This document shows, one piece after another, positions 1 through 9,597 of a stretch of DNA of 51,241 bases (its first letter is position 1; each line of letters opens with the position of its first letter). The notes beneath the pieces were generated by a model. That model did no database searches, had not been told where the DNA came from, and saw nothing but the letters and a program-made list of their open reading frames with translations. This DNA is from a virus (lineage: Duplodnaviria; Caudoviricetes): IMG/VR virus record IMGVR_UViG_3300042363_001418, positions 1 through 51,241 of that record; one strand, given 5' to 3'. The translations under genes were made by a program, and so were the position numbers.

Positions 1-170
1 CTGGTATGGGAAAAAACTCATTTATGTTAGTTAACTGCAGCCTTATTGCCTCATCACGACACTCATTCCAAGTACCGGTAAATATAGTATATATAGTGCC
101 GGTAATGCCTGTATTCTCAATTAATGTTATAATTTTAGTTTCGGAATGTATAAGTTTGTATGTCATATTA

Positions 171-2072
171 TTAATTTGTAGTTACTGTTGCGCCTCTAGC
201 AGTAAGAGCGTCTCTAGCTGTAATACCAGCACCTGTAGGAGCTGCATTAGTACCCCCGTTAATAGTTAGCACCCTACCCGTTCCCCATGTTGTTGTATTA
301 TTAGTACCATCTAGTGTAGATAGAAGTAACATAAGGCTATTAACACTAGTTACATCTAATCTAAGATTCGTTAGTATAATGTTGCCATTAACCACCTTAA
401 GAGTACCAGGAATGCCTAGTACTACAGATGATAAATTAGGAGCAGTAGAAGATAAGAATTGAATATTACTACCATAACTAGACATCGCAGGAAAACTAAG
501 TGTTCTGAGAGCTGAGAGACCTATACCACTAACTGTAGTACCTATAGTATCTAGTGAAGGAAAACTCATTGCAGATAAGCTTGATAATCTTGTAGGAGTA
601 AAACTAGTACCTATAGATCTCAATACAGGGAAGTTTATATCTGTTAAACTGCGTAAATCTGTAGGAGTATACGCACTTCCAACTCTTGTTAATGAAGAAA
701 AACTCATACTGCTTAAAGCTGCCATAGTAGAAGGATTAAAGTCACTACCTACAGTTGATAAAGCAGGAAAGGTCATACTGTTTAAAGCGTTCATAATATT
801 AGGACTAAAGGCAGTACCTACAGTTGCTAAAGCAGGAAAGCTCATACTGTTTAAAGCGTTAATAAGATTAGGACTAAAGCTAGCACCTACAGTTGCTAAA
901 GCAGGAAAGGTCATACTGCTTAAAGAGTTCATAGTAGCAGGACTAAAGCTAGTACCTACAGTTGCTAAAGCAGGGAAGCTCATACTGCTTAAAGCGTTCA
1001 GAGTAGTAGGACTAAAGCTAGCACCTACAGTTGCTAAAGCAGGAAAGGTCATACTGCTTAAAGCGCTCATAAAACTAGGACTAAAGCTACCACCTACAGT
1101 TGCTAAAGCAGGGAAGCTCATGCTCCTTAAAACATTAAGACTATTAGGAAAACTACCAGGATTAAAGCTACCACCTACAGTTGCTAAAGCAGGAAAGGTC
1201 ATACTGCTTAAAGCGCTCATAAAACTAGGACTAAAGCTACCACCTACAGTTGCTAATGCAGGAAAGGTCATACTGCTTAAAGAGTTCATAGTAGCAGGAC
1301 TAAAGCTAGTACCTACAGTTGCTAGTGTAGGAGCTTCAAGATCTATAAGTCCAGCCATATTAATTGGACTAAAGCTACCTGCTACACCAAATAAGTCATT
1401 GAAGCGTATATAGGTAGTAAAATTACCAACAGTTGTATTAGAGCCTGTAAAGGTGAAAGAGTCTATCCACTTTCCTGTATTTGTAACTAAAGGTTGACCA
1501 TATACATACACATACCTGTTAGGTATTATTGTAAATACAGGTGGAGCTGACCATGCGCCGCCTAGTGTAATATCTAGAGGTGTTTGCGATATAACTGCTT
1601 GATTACCTCCTATAGAGTTAATAGTACTATAAGAGGTTCCGTTATAAAATATTTTTTTTACCTCGTTAGGATATACATAGATTTGAAGTCCATTGTCATA
1701 ATTACTTCCTGATAGTGTACCTGATCCAAAATTAGCAAACCAACGCGTCCATGATACACCGTCAGGACCAAATAGTGAGGTAAAGTCAGCATTTATATTA
1801 CCATAATATACATATTTTTCTAATTGATCATCAACGTTTTCAAAATATGTTCTTGCCCAGTTAGCGCTATTAGCATTAGTTGTAGTATATGTATTCTGCC
1901 AGTTACCTGAAAGTGTACTTAGCTCTGAATCAGCAAGTAACGAACCTGATAGAAAAGTTAAAAGAGTGTCTAATGTTCCAACTCTCGTTTCGCCACTCTG
2001 TACTAGCGGTATTTGCTCTTGGCCGCTATATGGCTGCGTACTTACAGGAAGTTCGGAAATCTTTATACCCAT
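171..2072 (-). CDS. Repeat-containing (LRR/L-domain-like) putative tail fibre or virion adhesin
   Basis: 633 aa; N-terminal KISELP motif typical of phage fibre proteins; 23-aa repeats SMTFPALATVGxSFSPxxMxALS; TAAATA just upstream of ATG. Confidence 0.65.
   Translation of the reverse strand: MGIKISELPVSTQPYSGQEQIPLVQSGETRVGTLDTLLTFLSGSLLADSELSTLSGNWQNTYTTTNANSANWARTYFENVDDQLEKYVYYGNINADFTSLFGPDGVSWTRWFANFGSGTLSGSNYDNGLQIYVYPNEVKKIFYNGTSYSTINSIGGNQAVISQTPLDITLGGAWSAPPVFTIIPNRYVYVYGQPLVTNTGKWIDSFTFTGSNTTVGNFTTYIRFNDLFGVAGSFSPINMAGLIDLEAPTLATVGTSFSPATMNSLSSMTFPALATVGGSFSPSFMSALSSMTFPALATVGGSFNPGSFPNSLNVLRSMSFPALATVGGSFSPSFMSALSSMTFPALATVGASFSPTTLNALSSMSFPALATVGTSFSPATMNSLSSMTFPALATVGASFSPNLINALNSMSFPALATVGTAFSPNIMNALNSMTFPALSTVGSDFNPSTMAALSSMSFSSLTRVGSAYTPTDLRSLTDINFPVLRSIGTSFTPTRLSSLSAMSFPSLDTIGTTVSGIGLSALRTLSFPAMSSYGSNIQFLSSTAPNLSSVVLGIPGTLKVVNGNIILTNLRLDVTSVNSLMLLLSTLDGTNNTTTWGTGRVLTINGGTNAAPTGAGITARDALTARGATVTTN
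748..1330 (-). repeat. Coding tandem repeat, 69-bp unit, about 9 near-identical copies
   Basis: cctacagttg recurs at 748, 817, 886, 955, 1024, 1093, 1174, 1243, 1312 (one 81-bp unit). Confidence 0.9.
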
Positions 2073-2117
2073 GCCTTTATTTATTGCAATTCTTGTTTTT
2101 TACTATACTTTAATAGA

Positions 2118-2819
2118 ATGATCGTCTTTAATGAAGAAAAGCACACATATACTAATTCTAAAACTGAAGAGCAGTATATCTCTGTAACTACACTACTTGG
2201 CAAGTACAAGACTCCCTTTGATAAAGATAAACATTCTCTAAGAGTAGCCGAGAGAGAAGGTGTATCGCAAGAAATGGTTTTAGAGATGTGGGATAAGGAA
2301 AATAAAAAAGCTACAGATAGAGGTACAAAAATTCACAAACTAATGGAAAACTATGTTAGTTTTGGCGAAAAAGCAGAAGACTATGACTGGCTTTATAAAT
2401 CGTACGATAAGGTTATTTCTTACTCTATAGATAAGTATAAAAAGATATATAGTGAGAACTTGCTTCATAATGATGATTATGGCGTAGCTGGTACAGCTGA
2501 CCTAATCTACGATCATGGAGATTATTTTACAATCGGAGATTTTAAAACTAACAAAAGGTTTAACTTTTCAAGTGACTTTAACGATCACTTCAAAGATCCT
2601 GTAAGTCATTTACCATATTGCGAGTTTAATAATTATGCACTTCAGATGTCTATGTACGCATATATGTATGAAAAGACCTCTGGTAAGAAGTGTAAAAAGA
2701 TTGTAGTGTTTTACTTAAAGGAAGATAAATGGCAGCCAATTCACTGCAATTACTTGAAGAGCGATATACAGAATATACTAACTCACTATAAGCATAATAA
2801 AATGGAAGTTTTTAGCTAA
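2118..2819 (+). CDS. PD-(D/E)XK (Cas4-like) exonuclease
   Basis: YISVTTLL, RGTKIH, GTADL, DFKT and YALQMSMY motifs; start moved to ATG 2118. Confidence 0.85.
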   Translation: MIVFNEEKHTYTNSKTEEQYISVTTLLGKYKTPFDKDKHSLRVAEREGVSQEMVLEMWDKENKKATDRGTKIHKLMENYVSFGEKAEDYDWLYKSYDKVISYSIDKYKKIYSENLLHNDDYGVAGTADLIYDHGDYFTIGDFKTNKRFNFSSDFNDHFKDPVSHLPYCEFNNYALQMSMYAYMYEKTSGKKCKKIVVFYLKEDKWQPIHCNYLKSDIQNILTHYKHNKMEVFS

Positions 2820-2838
2820 CAACCCCTAAATAAAAACA

Positions 2839-3054
2839 ATGAAAAAAGAGACTCTTATTAAAAAGCTCGAAACCCATTTTGACAAGATACAAGAATCACT
2901 AGATGAAATATCTACATTATTAGAAATAGACATGGATGATGATGAGCTATCAGAGATGTCTGTATGTTTTAGAGAACAAATAGAAACGTGTATAGCAGAA
3001 AACGAGGAATGTACTTATAATGATATTATAGAGTATATTCGTGAAAATCTATAA
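2839..3054 (+). CDS. Hypothetical acidic protein
   Basis: ORF with TAAATA motif upstream. Confidence 0.65.
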   Translation: MKKETLIKKLETHFDKIQESLDEISTLLEIDMDDDELSEMSVCFREQIETCIAENEECTYNDIIEYIRENL

Positions 3055-3062
3055 ATATATGA

Positions 3063-3530
3063 ATGAAGGCGTTTAAGTCATTCTTCAAAGAGGTAAATCC
3101 TGAAATCGATTACGACCCAGAAGAGTTAAAAAAAGGAATAGAAGTCGAATTAGAGCATACAAATTATAGAGCTATTGCTACTATAATAGCTAAGCATCAT
3201 CTAGCTGAAGATCCGCATTATTATACTAAACTTAAAAAGGTAGAATCTAAAGTTAAAGCAGAAGATGAAGAGCGTCGCTTAGATAAGAGCTGCTGGGAAG
3301 GATATCATAAGGTAGGTACTAAGATAAAGGGTGGTGTACGCGTTAATAATTGCGTTAAAAACTCAAGTGAGGATGCTGAGGATGTTCACAAGCCTGTTAG
3401 ACCAGGAATTGTTAAAAGTAGATTAGGTAAACTTTCTTGTACTAAAGTAAAAAGTGCTAAATCTAAACTAAAAGATAAAGGTACGAATTATGCTAAGGGT
3501 CTTCAGCGCTACATAAATTATCACTGTTGA
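3063..3530 (+). CDS. DUF5661-like protein, possibly virion-associated
   Basis: ELKKGIEVELEH...HLAEDPHYYTKL motif plus CWEGYHKVGTK..VNNCVK module. Confidence 0.6.
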   Translation: MKAFKSFFKEVNPEIDYDPEELKKGIEVELEHTNYRAIATIIAKHHLAEDPHYYTKLKKVESKVKAEDEERRLDKSCWEGYHKVGTKIKGGVRVNNCVKNSSEDAEDVHKPVRPGIVKSRLGKLSCTKVKSAKSKLKDKGTNYAKGLQRYINYHC

Positions 3531-3536
3531 TTTTAA

Positions 3537-3872
3537 ATGAGCGCATTTTATACTAAAGATAGTATGAGTGGTGAATTCCTTTCAATAAATGAATTGCATC
3601 CTATGGATGTGTTTGCTATAGGTGATGAGAAATTTCTAGTAGTAAAAAACACTTGCAGCACTGCAGCGAGTTATAAAGGTGAGTTTTACGATATAACAGG
3701 GTCTGGTATTCTGTCTTACTACAATAATGATGGGCAGCAATGCTCTATTGTTTGTTTGACTGATTTATCTATGGTGCCTCCAGCCTCTCTTAAAAAATAT
3801 AAGATTGTTTTAGCTGGAAAATTTACAGGTTTCAAATATAATAAGATTGAAACCGAACAAGTAGATGAGTAA
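3537..3872 (+). CDS. Hypothetical protein
   Basis: ORF in tightly packed operon. Confidence 0.6.
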   Translation: MSAFYTKDSMSGEFLSINELHPMDVFAIGDEKFLVVKNTCSTAASYKGEFYDITGSGILSYYNNDGQQCSIVCLTDLSMVPPASLKKYKIVLAGKFTGFKYNKIETEQVDE

Positions 3873-4713
3873 TGTTTTAATTTTAGGAGCCGGGTATGTT
3901 GGAACTGAATTGTTCTCGCATGTATTTAAAGATAAAAATAATTATTGGCTCTATGCTAGAAAAGATCTAGATTATTCTGATCAATCAACACTGAGTAAAT
4001 TCCTACTTAACAACAGTATTGACTATGTTGTTAACTGTTCTGGGTTTACTGGTAGACCAAATGTTGATGAAGGAGAGATTAAAAAGAAAGAGTGTTGGGA
4101 GCTTAATGTCTTACTACCTCTTATGATTAGCAAGATTTGTAAATCTTTAAATATCAATTATATTCATATTTCATCAGGATGCATCTATTCTGGTTATGAA
4201 AAAAAATTTACTGAAGAAGATGCTCCTAATTTTGGATTGTACGATCATTCGTCTTTCTATTCAAAATCAAAACATGCATTTGAAACACTGAATGATTATG
4301 GATGTACGATTCGTGTTAGAATGCCATTCGGTGATAGCCTTAATGAAAGAAGCTTTATCACAAAGATCTTGAAGTATGATAATTTAATTAACTTTAAAAA
4401 CTCTAAAACATACCTTTCAAGTCTTTGCGAGTTTATTGAGTATATCGTCGATAATAATATCAATGCTAACTCTATTGGTATTATTAATTTTGTAAATCCT
4501 GAAGCTAAAGATACGCAGTTTTTGGTTGATCGTATGAAAGTGTTTAACAGCTACCAAAATAAAAACTGGAAGTTTGTAGATATTAAAGATATTAATATTA
4601 CAGCTCCTAGATCAAATTGCGTTCTTTCTATTGAAAAGTTAAGAACTATGTTTCCGGACTTTTATATAGCAACAGAAGCTGAAGCTATTGAAATGGCTCT
4701 AACCAATATATAA
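3865..4713 (+). CDS. rmlD: NDP-4-keto-6-deoxyglucose reductase (RmlD/NRS-ER-like, possibly bifunctional 3,5-epimerase/4-reductase)
   Basis: GAGYVG Rossmann motif, GFTGRPNVD, SSGCIY and YSKSK catalytic motif. Confidence 0.8.
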   Translation: MSNVLILGAGYVGTELFSHVFKDKNNYWLYARKDLDYSDQSTLSKFLLNNSIDYVVNCSGFTGRPNVDEGEIKKKECWELNVLLPLMISKICKSLNINYIHISSGCIYSGYEKKFTEEDAPNFGLYDHSSFYSKSKHAFETLNDYGCTIRVRMPFGDSLNERSFITKILKYDNLINFKNSKTYLSSLCEFIEYIVDNNINANSIGIINFVNPEAKDTQFLVDRMKVFNSYQNKNWKFVDIKDINITAPRSNCVLSIEKLRTMFPDFYIATEAEAIEMALTNI

Positions 4714-4720
4714 TAATTTC

Positions 4721-5455
4721 ATGAAAGGTATCATTTTGGCGGGAGGTAAAGGTACGAGACTTTCACCTACAACGAGAGCAGTATCAAAACAGCTCCATTG
4801 TGTTTATAATAAACCAATGATTTACTACCCTCTTCAGACTCTGAAGGATATGGGCATTAGAGAGATCTTAATTATTACATCCGATGCACAGCAGTGTAGA
4901 TTGTTCCAAGATCAATTAAGAGATGGTGCACAATATGGGTTGAAACTTGAGTATGCTATTCAAGAAAAGCCTGGCGGATTGCCAGAAGCGTTTATTATAG
5001 GCGAGCATTTTATTGGAGTTAATGATGATGTAGCTCTCATTTTAGGTGACAATGTCTTTATTACTAATAAAGAGTTAAAAGCTGAACCTAATACTATTTT
5101 TACTTACAAAGTAAAAGACCCATCAGCTTATGGAGTTGCAGAATTAGATGATAAAAATAATTTGGTTAATATTATCGAAAAGCCTACAGAATTCGTAAGT
5201 GATAATGCAGTTGTTGGTCTGTATGTATTTACACACGCTGCGGTAGGGCTAGCTAAATCATTAAAGCCATCAAAAAGAGGAGAGCTTGAAATTGTTGACC
5301 TTATTAGTAAATTAAATGAGGAGGAAGGGCTATCAGTAGAAGAGCTACACGGTTTCTGGTTTGACTGCGGTAATCATGATGATCTTCTCGAATGTGCAAA
5401 TTTAGTAAAAGCTATTGAACATAGAACTAATAAGAAAGTTGGATTACATGAATAA
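4721..5455 (+). CDS. rmlA: Glucose-1-phosphate thymidylyltransferase
   Basis: MKGIILAGGKGTRL.P.T..SKQL, KPMIYYPL, LILGDN, EKP, RGELEI. Confidence 0.95.
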   Translation: MKGIILAGGKGTRLSPTTRAVSKQLHCVYNKPMIYYPLQTLKDMGIREILIITSDAQQCRLFQDQLRDGAQYGLKLEYAIQEKPGGLPEAFIIGEHFIGVNDDVALILGDNVFITNKELKAEPNTIFTYKVKDPSAYGVAELDDKNNLVNIIEKPTEFVSDNAVVGLYVFTHAAVGLAKSLKPSKRGELEIVDLISKLNEEEGLSVEELHGFWFDCGNHDDLLECANLVKAIEHRTNKKVGLHE

Positions 5456-6434
5456 TAAAATATACTTAGTTACTGGGGGTTGTGGATTTATCGGATCGCA
5501 TGTTATCGATGAGCTCTTAAAAGATAATAGTATTCAAAAAATTATTAATATCGACAAGCTAGGAGTAGGTTCTGATATAAATAATGTGGCGACTGACCCT
5601 CGGGTAATTAATTACTATATTGACATCTGCGATGAAGAACTACATAATATATTTAAGAAACATCTTCCAGGATACATTATCCACCTTGCTGCGGAATCTC
5701 ATGTCGATAGGTCTATCACAGACCCTCTATCGTTTGTCAATTCTAATGTAGTTGGTACTGGTAATGTTCTAGAATGCATGCGAAAGTATGTACCTGACGC
5801 TAGAATGGTACATGTTTCTACTGATGAGGTATACGGTCATTTGCATTACGATGATTACCCCTTTCTAGAGACAACACCTATTAATCCTAGATCACCTTAT
5901 TCTGCATCAAAAGCAGGTTCGGATATGTTAGCATTTTCTTATAGAACTACTTACGAGCTAGACATTACTGTTACGCGTTGCTGTAATAATTATGGTCCGC
6001 GTCAACACGACGAAAAATTAATACCTACAATTTTTCGCACACTACATAAGGGTAAGAAAATTCCTGTGTATGGCGATGGAAAGAATATGCGCGAATGGAT
6101 ATTTGTTTCTGACCATGCTAAAGCTCTATTAGAGATTTTGCATATTGAAAATGCTAGATCGTTATATAATATTTGGGGCGAGAAACGATACGAAAATATT
6201 GAGCTAATCCGTAAAATTATAAAGCATCTAGTTAATGTAAATGAGCGATATGATAGAGGTTATTTAATTACTAATTATATTGAGTTTGTAGCAGATAGAC
6301 CAGGTCACGATTTATGTTACAAAATGGAGTCTATTTATAATAACATTGATTCTCTCAAAACCCAAATTAATTTTGACGATGGAATAATAAAAACCTTATT
6401 ATACTATAAATCTAAATATGAGAAAAAAGATTAG
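5448..6434 (+). CDS. rmlB: dTDP-glucose 4,6-dehydratase
   Basis: VTGGCGFIGS, HLAAESHVDRSI, STDEVYG, PYSASKA, DRPGHD; start at ATG 5448. Confidence 0.95.
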   Translation: MNNKIYLVTGGCGFIGSHVIDELLKDNSIQKIINIDKLGVGSDINNVATDPRVINYYIDICDEELHNIFKKHLPGYIIHLAAESHVDRSITDPLSFVNSNVVGTGNVLECMRKYVPDARMVHVSTDEVYGHLHYDDYPFLETTPINPRSPYSASKAGSDMLAFSYRTTYELDITVTRCCNNYGPRQHDEKLIPTIFRTLHKGKKIPVYGDGKNMREWIFVSDHAKALLEILHIENARSLYNIWGEKRYENIELIRKIIKHLVNVNERYDRGYLITNYIEFVADRPGHDLCYKMESIYNNIDSLKTQINFDDGIIKTLLYYKSKYEKKD

Positions 6435-6600
6435 ACAGCCCTTTAAGTATGGTGCATACCTTATCGAATATCGAGAAGGTAAGGATGGTCTATTAAAAAT
6501 TCTTAAAGAAAAACTTGATACTTTTGATGAAGCGCAACTAGCTAGAGAGAGACTCTTGCAATCTGGTTGTGGCGATCCTATTATACGTAAAGTGGGATGA
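6418..6600 (+). CDS. Hypothetical protein
   Basis: Overlapping operon ORF. Confidence 0.55.
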   Translation: MRKKIRQPFKYGAYLIEYREGKDGLLKILKEKLDTFDEAQLARERLLQSGCGDPIIRKVG

Positions 6601-7094
6601 TTAAATTCAAGCCAACGAACGGTATAGTTAAGATTACTAATCTTGATTATGATCTTATTTCGTTTATATTGAGTAGGTTTGTAAGACTAAAGAGGAAAGT
6701 TACTCTACGCGTAGAAAGATCAAAACGTAGCTATTCATATTATTACGACAAGCGTAAAGTTATCTGCATAAACACTAACGAAGGAACTTCGTTAAAATTT
6801 ATTATTGCAACCCTTCTTCATGAAGTAAGGCATTGCATGCAATTAAGAGAAGAGTGTAACGAAATTGATTTCACATACACTAGTTATTGGAATTATTATA
6901 GCTCACCAGAAGAGAAAGATGCGCGTAAATTTGAAAAGCTTGCTACAGAAGTTTGTAAGATTTATAAGCAATATAAAATAATTGAGAATAAATTTAAAAA
7001 ATATGATCTTGATATCTTTAAGGAACTGTGCCATAATGAAAAGGTAGACAATAACGATCTGCAATTAGAAACAAACAACAAAACAACACAATAG
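6597..7094 (+). CDS. Zincin-like metallopeptidase
   Basis: LLHEVRH (HExxH) plus downstream YYSSPEEKDA. Confidence 0.7.
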   Translation: MIKFKPTNGIVKITNLDYDLISFILSRFVRLKRKVTLRVERSKRSYSYYYDKRKVICINTNEGTSLKFIIATLLHEVRHCMQLREECNEIDFTYTSYWNYYSSPEEKDARKFEKLATEVCKIYKQYKIIENKFKKYDLDIFKELCHNEKVDNNDLQLETNNKTTQ

Positions 7095-7103
7095 AATAAT
7101 AAT

Positions 7104-7940
7104 ATGGGATTCATTACTAACATTACTTCACTCGAGGACATCCCTCGTTTCAATGTTGTAAAAGAAGAAGTCTTTGACTCGCGTGGAGAGAGGGTCAAGG
7201 GATTGTATACACTGATGCGTGAAGATACGCGAGACCACCTCGGAGTGTGTCGTGATAAGTATCGACCAATCCAGCTAGATGAAATGCTCGATATTGTTGA
7301 TACCGCTACGCAGCGCGTTGGTGGCATTGAGCATGTAGGGTATACGTTTTCACGAAACGGTAAGCGAATTGTACTTCAATCAAAACTTAACGAACAATTT
7401 GATATCAACGGTGATAAAGTTGACGGTATGTTTTATACTGTGATTGACAACTCTGGTTCAAATTCGAATAAGATTATTCCATCAACGCGACGTATTGTGT
7501 GTGATAATATGCTTCACATTGTCAAGCAGGAAGCAGAACAACGTAGAGGAAAAGGCCTTCGTCACTCCTTCTCGTTCGATGAAAGCGTCAGTGGTTTGAT
7601 TTCAAAGATTGAGAGTAATATTAATATCGTTAAAACATTTAATAAAACGGTAGAGATGCTCCAAGGTAAGAAATTCAATGAAGATCAGATGAGACAGCTA
7701 GTTCAGCGTCTTATTCCATCTCGTAACAACAAAGAGGATTCTACCAAGCTGCTTGGTAAGCGCGAGTCAATTGTCGAGCGCTTTTCTAAAGGCATTGGTA
7801 ATGAAGGAAAGACGATGTGGGATGCCTTGAACGCAATTACAGAGTATGAATCTCATCGCAAATTTACGCCTGAGAAGCTCGTACGTACTCTTTCTACTGA
7901 GAACCTCTCTAACAAAGCTCTTGAGATTCTTACTGCGTAA
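7104..7940 (+). CDS. DUF932 family phage/plasmid protein
   Basis: LGV...Y.PIQ, RIVCDN, LRH, TMWDALNAITEY motifs. Confidence 0.8.
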   Translation: MGFITNITSLEDIPRFNVVKEEVFDSRGERVKGLYTLMREDTRDHLGVCRDKYRPIQLDEMLDIVDTATQRVGGIEHVGYTFSRNGKRIVLQSKLNEQFDINGDKVDGMFYTVIDNSGSNSNKIIPSTRRIVCDNMLHIVKQEAEQRRGKGLRHSFSFDESVSGLISKIESNINIVKTFNKTVEMLQGKKFNEDQMRQLVQRLIPSRNNKEDSTKLLGKRESIVERFSKGIGNEGKTMWDALNAITEYESHRKFTPEKLVRTLSTENLSNKALEILTA

Positions 7941-8164
7941 TGAATATATTTAGAATGATCGATATGCACGATACGAAAGATGGTGTTCTTATCGATATGA
8001 AATACGAAATTGTAGACGGTTTAGAGAAAGTTATTGATATTAATATCCGAAATATTATAAATAACATCGTCGGTGAGGTATTAGAGCTTACTAATCCAAT
8101 GTACAAATTGGCTTTTGCAGCTAACTTTCTCTCACTACTTGAACAAGAACGTAACAAACAATAA
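7940..8164 (+). CDS. Hypothetical protein
   Basis: Translationally coupled ORF. Confidence 0.6.
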   Translation: MNIFRMIDMHDTKDGVLIDMKYEIVDGLEKVIDINIRNIINNIVGEVLELTNPMYKLAFAANFLSLLEQERNKQ

Positions 8165-8340
8165 TGTATAAAGGTGTAATTGGTAAATATCGGTTTGAGC
8201 TTGACTCAGAAACAGATCGTGTGATGGTATATAAAGAAGGAGATGGTGTTGAGCCTATTGCTTATATAAATGTTAAGCCTGATATCTCTGAAAAAGGATT
8301 CCATTATGAGATTATGGATTGGGCTGCAAAGCAAAGTTAA
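8164..8340 (+). CDS. Small hypothetical protein (58 aa, not in ORF track)
   Basis: MYKGVIGKYRFELD...AAKQS*; TAATG coupling. Confidence 0.65.
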   Translation: MYKGVIGKYRFELDSETDRVMVYKEGDGVEPIAYINVKPDISEKGFHYEIMDWAAKQS

Positions 8341-8356
8341 GGAACTCTAATATAAT
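8339..8356 (+). promoter_or_regulatory. AAGGAAC-N5-TATAAT putative early promoter (representative of about 35 copies)
   Basis: aaggaac tctaa tataat aagtt ATG; same spacing recurs throughout the window. Confidence 0.85.
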
Positions 8357-8361
8357 AAGTT

Positions 8362-8607
8362 ATGTTCTGTGGATGTGGAAACCTAGTAGAAGAAGGTCGG
8401 CAGGAGCTCGGTCTTCGTAGTTGTAAGTCGTGTGCTTTTTCTGGTCCAGATATACCTAGACCTCGCGGCGTTATGATTTATGGTCATAAGACCGCTGGAG
8501 AAATCGAGATTCATTCAGCAGATAGCTGGAAAGAGAAGCGCAAATATTACGTGCCAAATTCGGCTAGAAGTTGCGTTAAGAATTTTAGTCGTAGCGTGTG
8601 TTCTTAG
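8362..8607 (+). CDS. Zinc-finger protein (DksA/TraR C4-like)
   Basis: CGCG...RQELGLRSCKSC. Confidence 0.55.
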   Translation: MFCGCGNLVEEGRQELGLRSCKSCAFSGPDIPRPRGVMIYGHKTAGEIEIHSADSWKEKRKYYVPNSARSCVKNFSRSVCS

Positions 8608-9235
8608 AATATCGACAAGCTTTGCTGCAATATTTCTTAGTAGCTAATAAATTTTTTTCAATATACAATACTTTATTACACTTTGAACATGACCATTTAA
8701 TCCTTTGTTCGGAATGTATATAGCGCCACTTAATAGCACACTCTGGAGAACAGTATTGTCTTTTATTAGCTGCGGTCGGAAGTACCTCGAAGTTTTTATT
8801 ACAACCTTTACAGCATAATATTACCTTATTCTCCTGACTTGCATTCTTACAAGCTTGACTACAAAACTTTCGCTTTTGACATTCAAGAGCCTCAAAAGAA
8901 TCCTCGCAATAATCACATACAATATTAACTCTCGGTACATGTAAACGTCTTCGGAGCCATCCATACATTTTATTTTTTCTCCAATACCTGTTTACCTTTG
9001 TATCTTTCGACATTACATCACAAGCTCTTACCAAACGAATGTTTTCAGGATATATCTTTACCAACAATTGATGAGCAACAAAGTGCTCCTCTGGCGTTAA
9101 ATCTACCATATTATCTACTTCATCACTCCCACCCATGCATCTAGGTATAATATGATGGCTTTCTTTATACCCGTCTATTATAGGTCGATGCTGACCACGC
9201 TTCACCAGATGCTCGTATATTAATTTGTAATTCAT
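8585..9235 (-). CDS. HNH homing endonuclease with C-terminal zinc-ribbon repeats
   Basis: ESHHIIPRCMGGSD..DNMVDLTPEEHFVAH; CxxC...YCS..C repeats. Confidence 0.85.
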   Translation of the reverse strand: MNYKLIYEHLVKRGQHRPIIDGYKESHHIIPRCMGGSDEVDNMVDLTPEEHFVAHQLLVKIYPENIRLVRACDVMSKDTKVNRYWRKNKMYGWLRRRLHVPRVNIVCDYCEDSFEALECQKRKFCSQACKNASQENKVILCCKGCNKNFEVLPTAANKRQYCSPECAIKWRYIHSEQRIKWSCSKCNKVLYIEKNLLATKKYCSKACRYSKNTRYD

Positions 9236-9295
9236 GACACATATATTTAATCAAACAGATATGGAGTTTATGCGTAAACTTCCTAAATAACAATT

Positions 9296-9356
9296 AGCCT
9301 AGCAGGTTTTGTCACTTTGTAATTCATGACAGATTTCGCTGTGACCCTGCTAGGCT
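9296..9356 (+). ncRNA. Putative hairpin antisense sRNA to the adjacent HNH start
   Basis: Stems agcctagcagg/cctgctaggct and gtcac/gtgac; loop 9316-9331 is identical to 9224-9239; TAAATA just upstream. Confidence 0.55.
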
Positions 9357-9394
9357 TTAATCTCTCTATAAAGGAACACTATTATAATACTTAT

Positions 9395-9559
9395 ATGCAG
9401 TTAACATTTGAAAATATAGTTGTATTTTTAGCATTTATACTATATACTTGTGTATGTATTGCTCATTGCTATAAACAAAACTACGCATGGGGCGTAGTCT
9501 GGGGAGGGTACGCTGTATCTAACTTAGGCTTGATTGTAGCGCAATCATTAACAAAATAA
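9395..9559 (+). CDS. Small membrane protein
   Basis: Two hydrophobic segments; starts 6 nt after GGAAC promoter at 9373. Confidence 0.65.
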   Translation: MQLTFENIVVFLAFILYTCVCIAHCYKQNYAWGVVWGGYAVSNLGLIVAQSLTK

Positions 9560-9597
9560 ACAACTAACAAATAGAGAGTGAGGATAACGTCATAGGA

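Noticed and set aside
748-1330. Regularly spaced repeats as a CRISPR array next to a Cas4-like gene
   Set aside because: Units are in-frame 69-bp coding repeats without unique spacers; no cas1/cas2; solo Cas4-like nucleases are common in phages.
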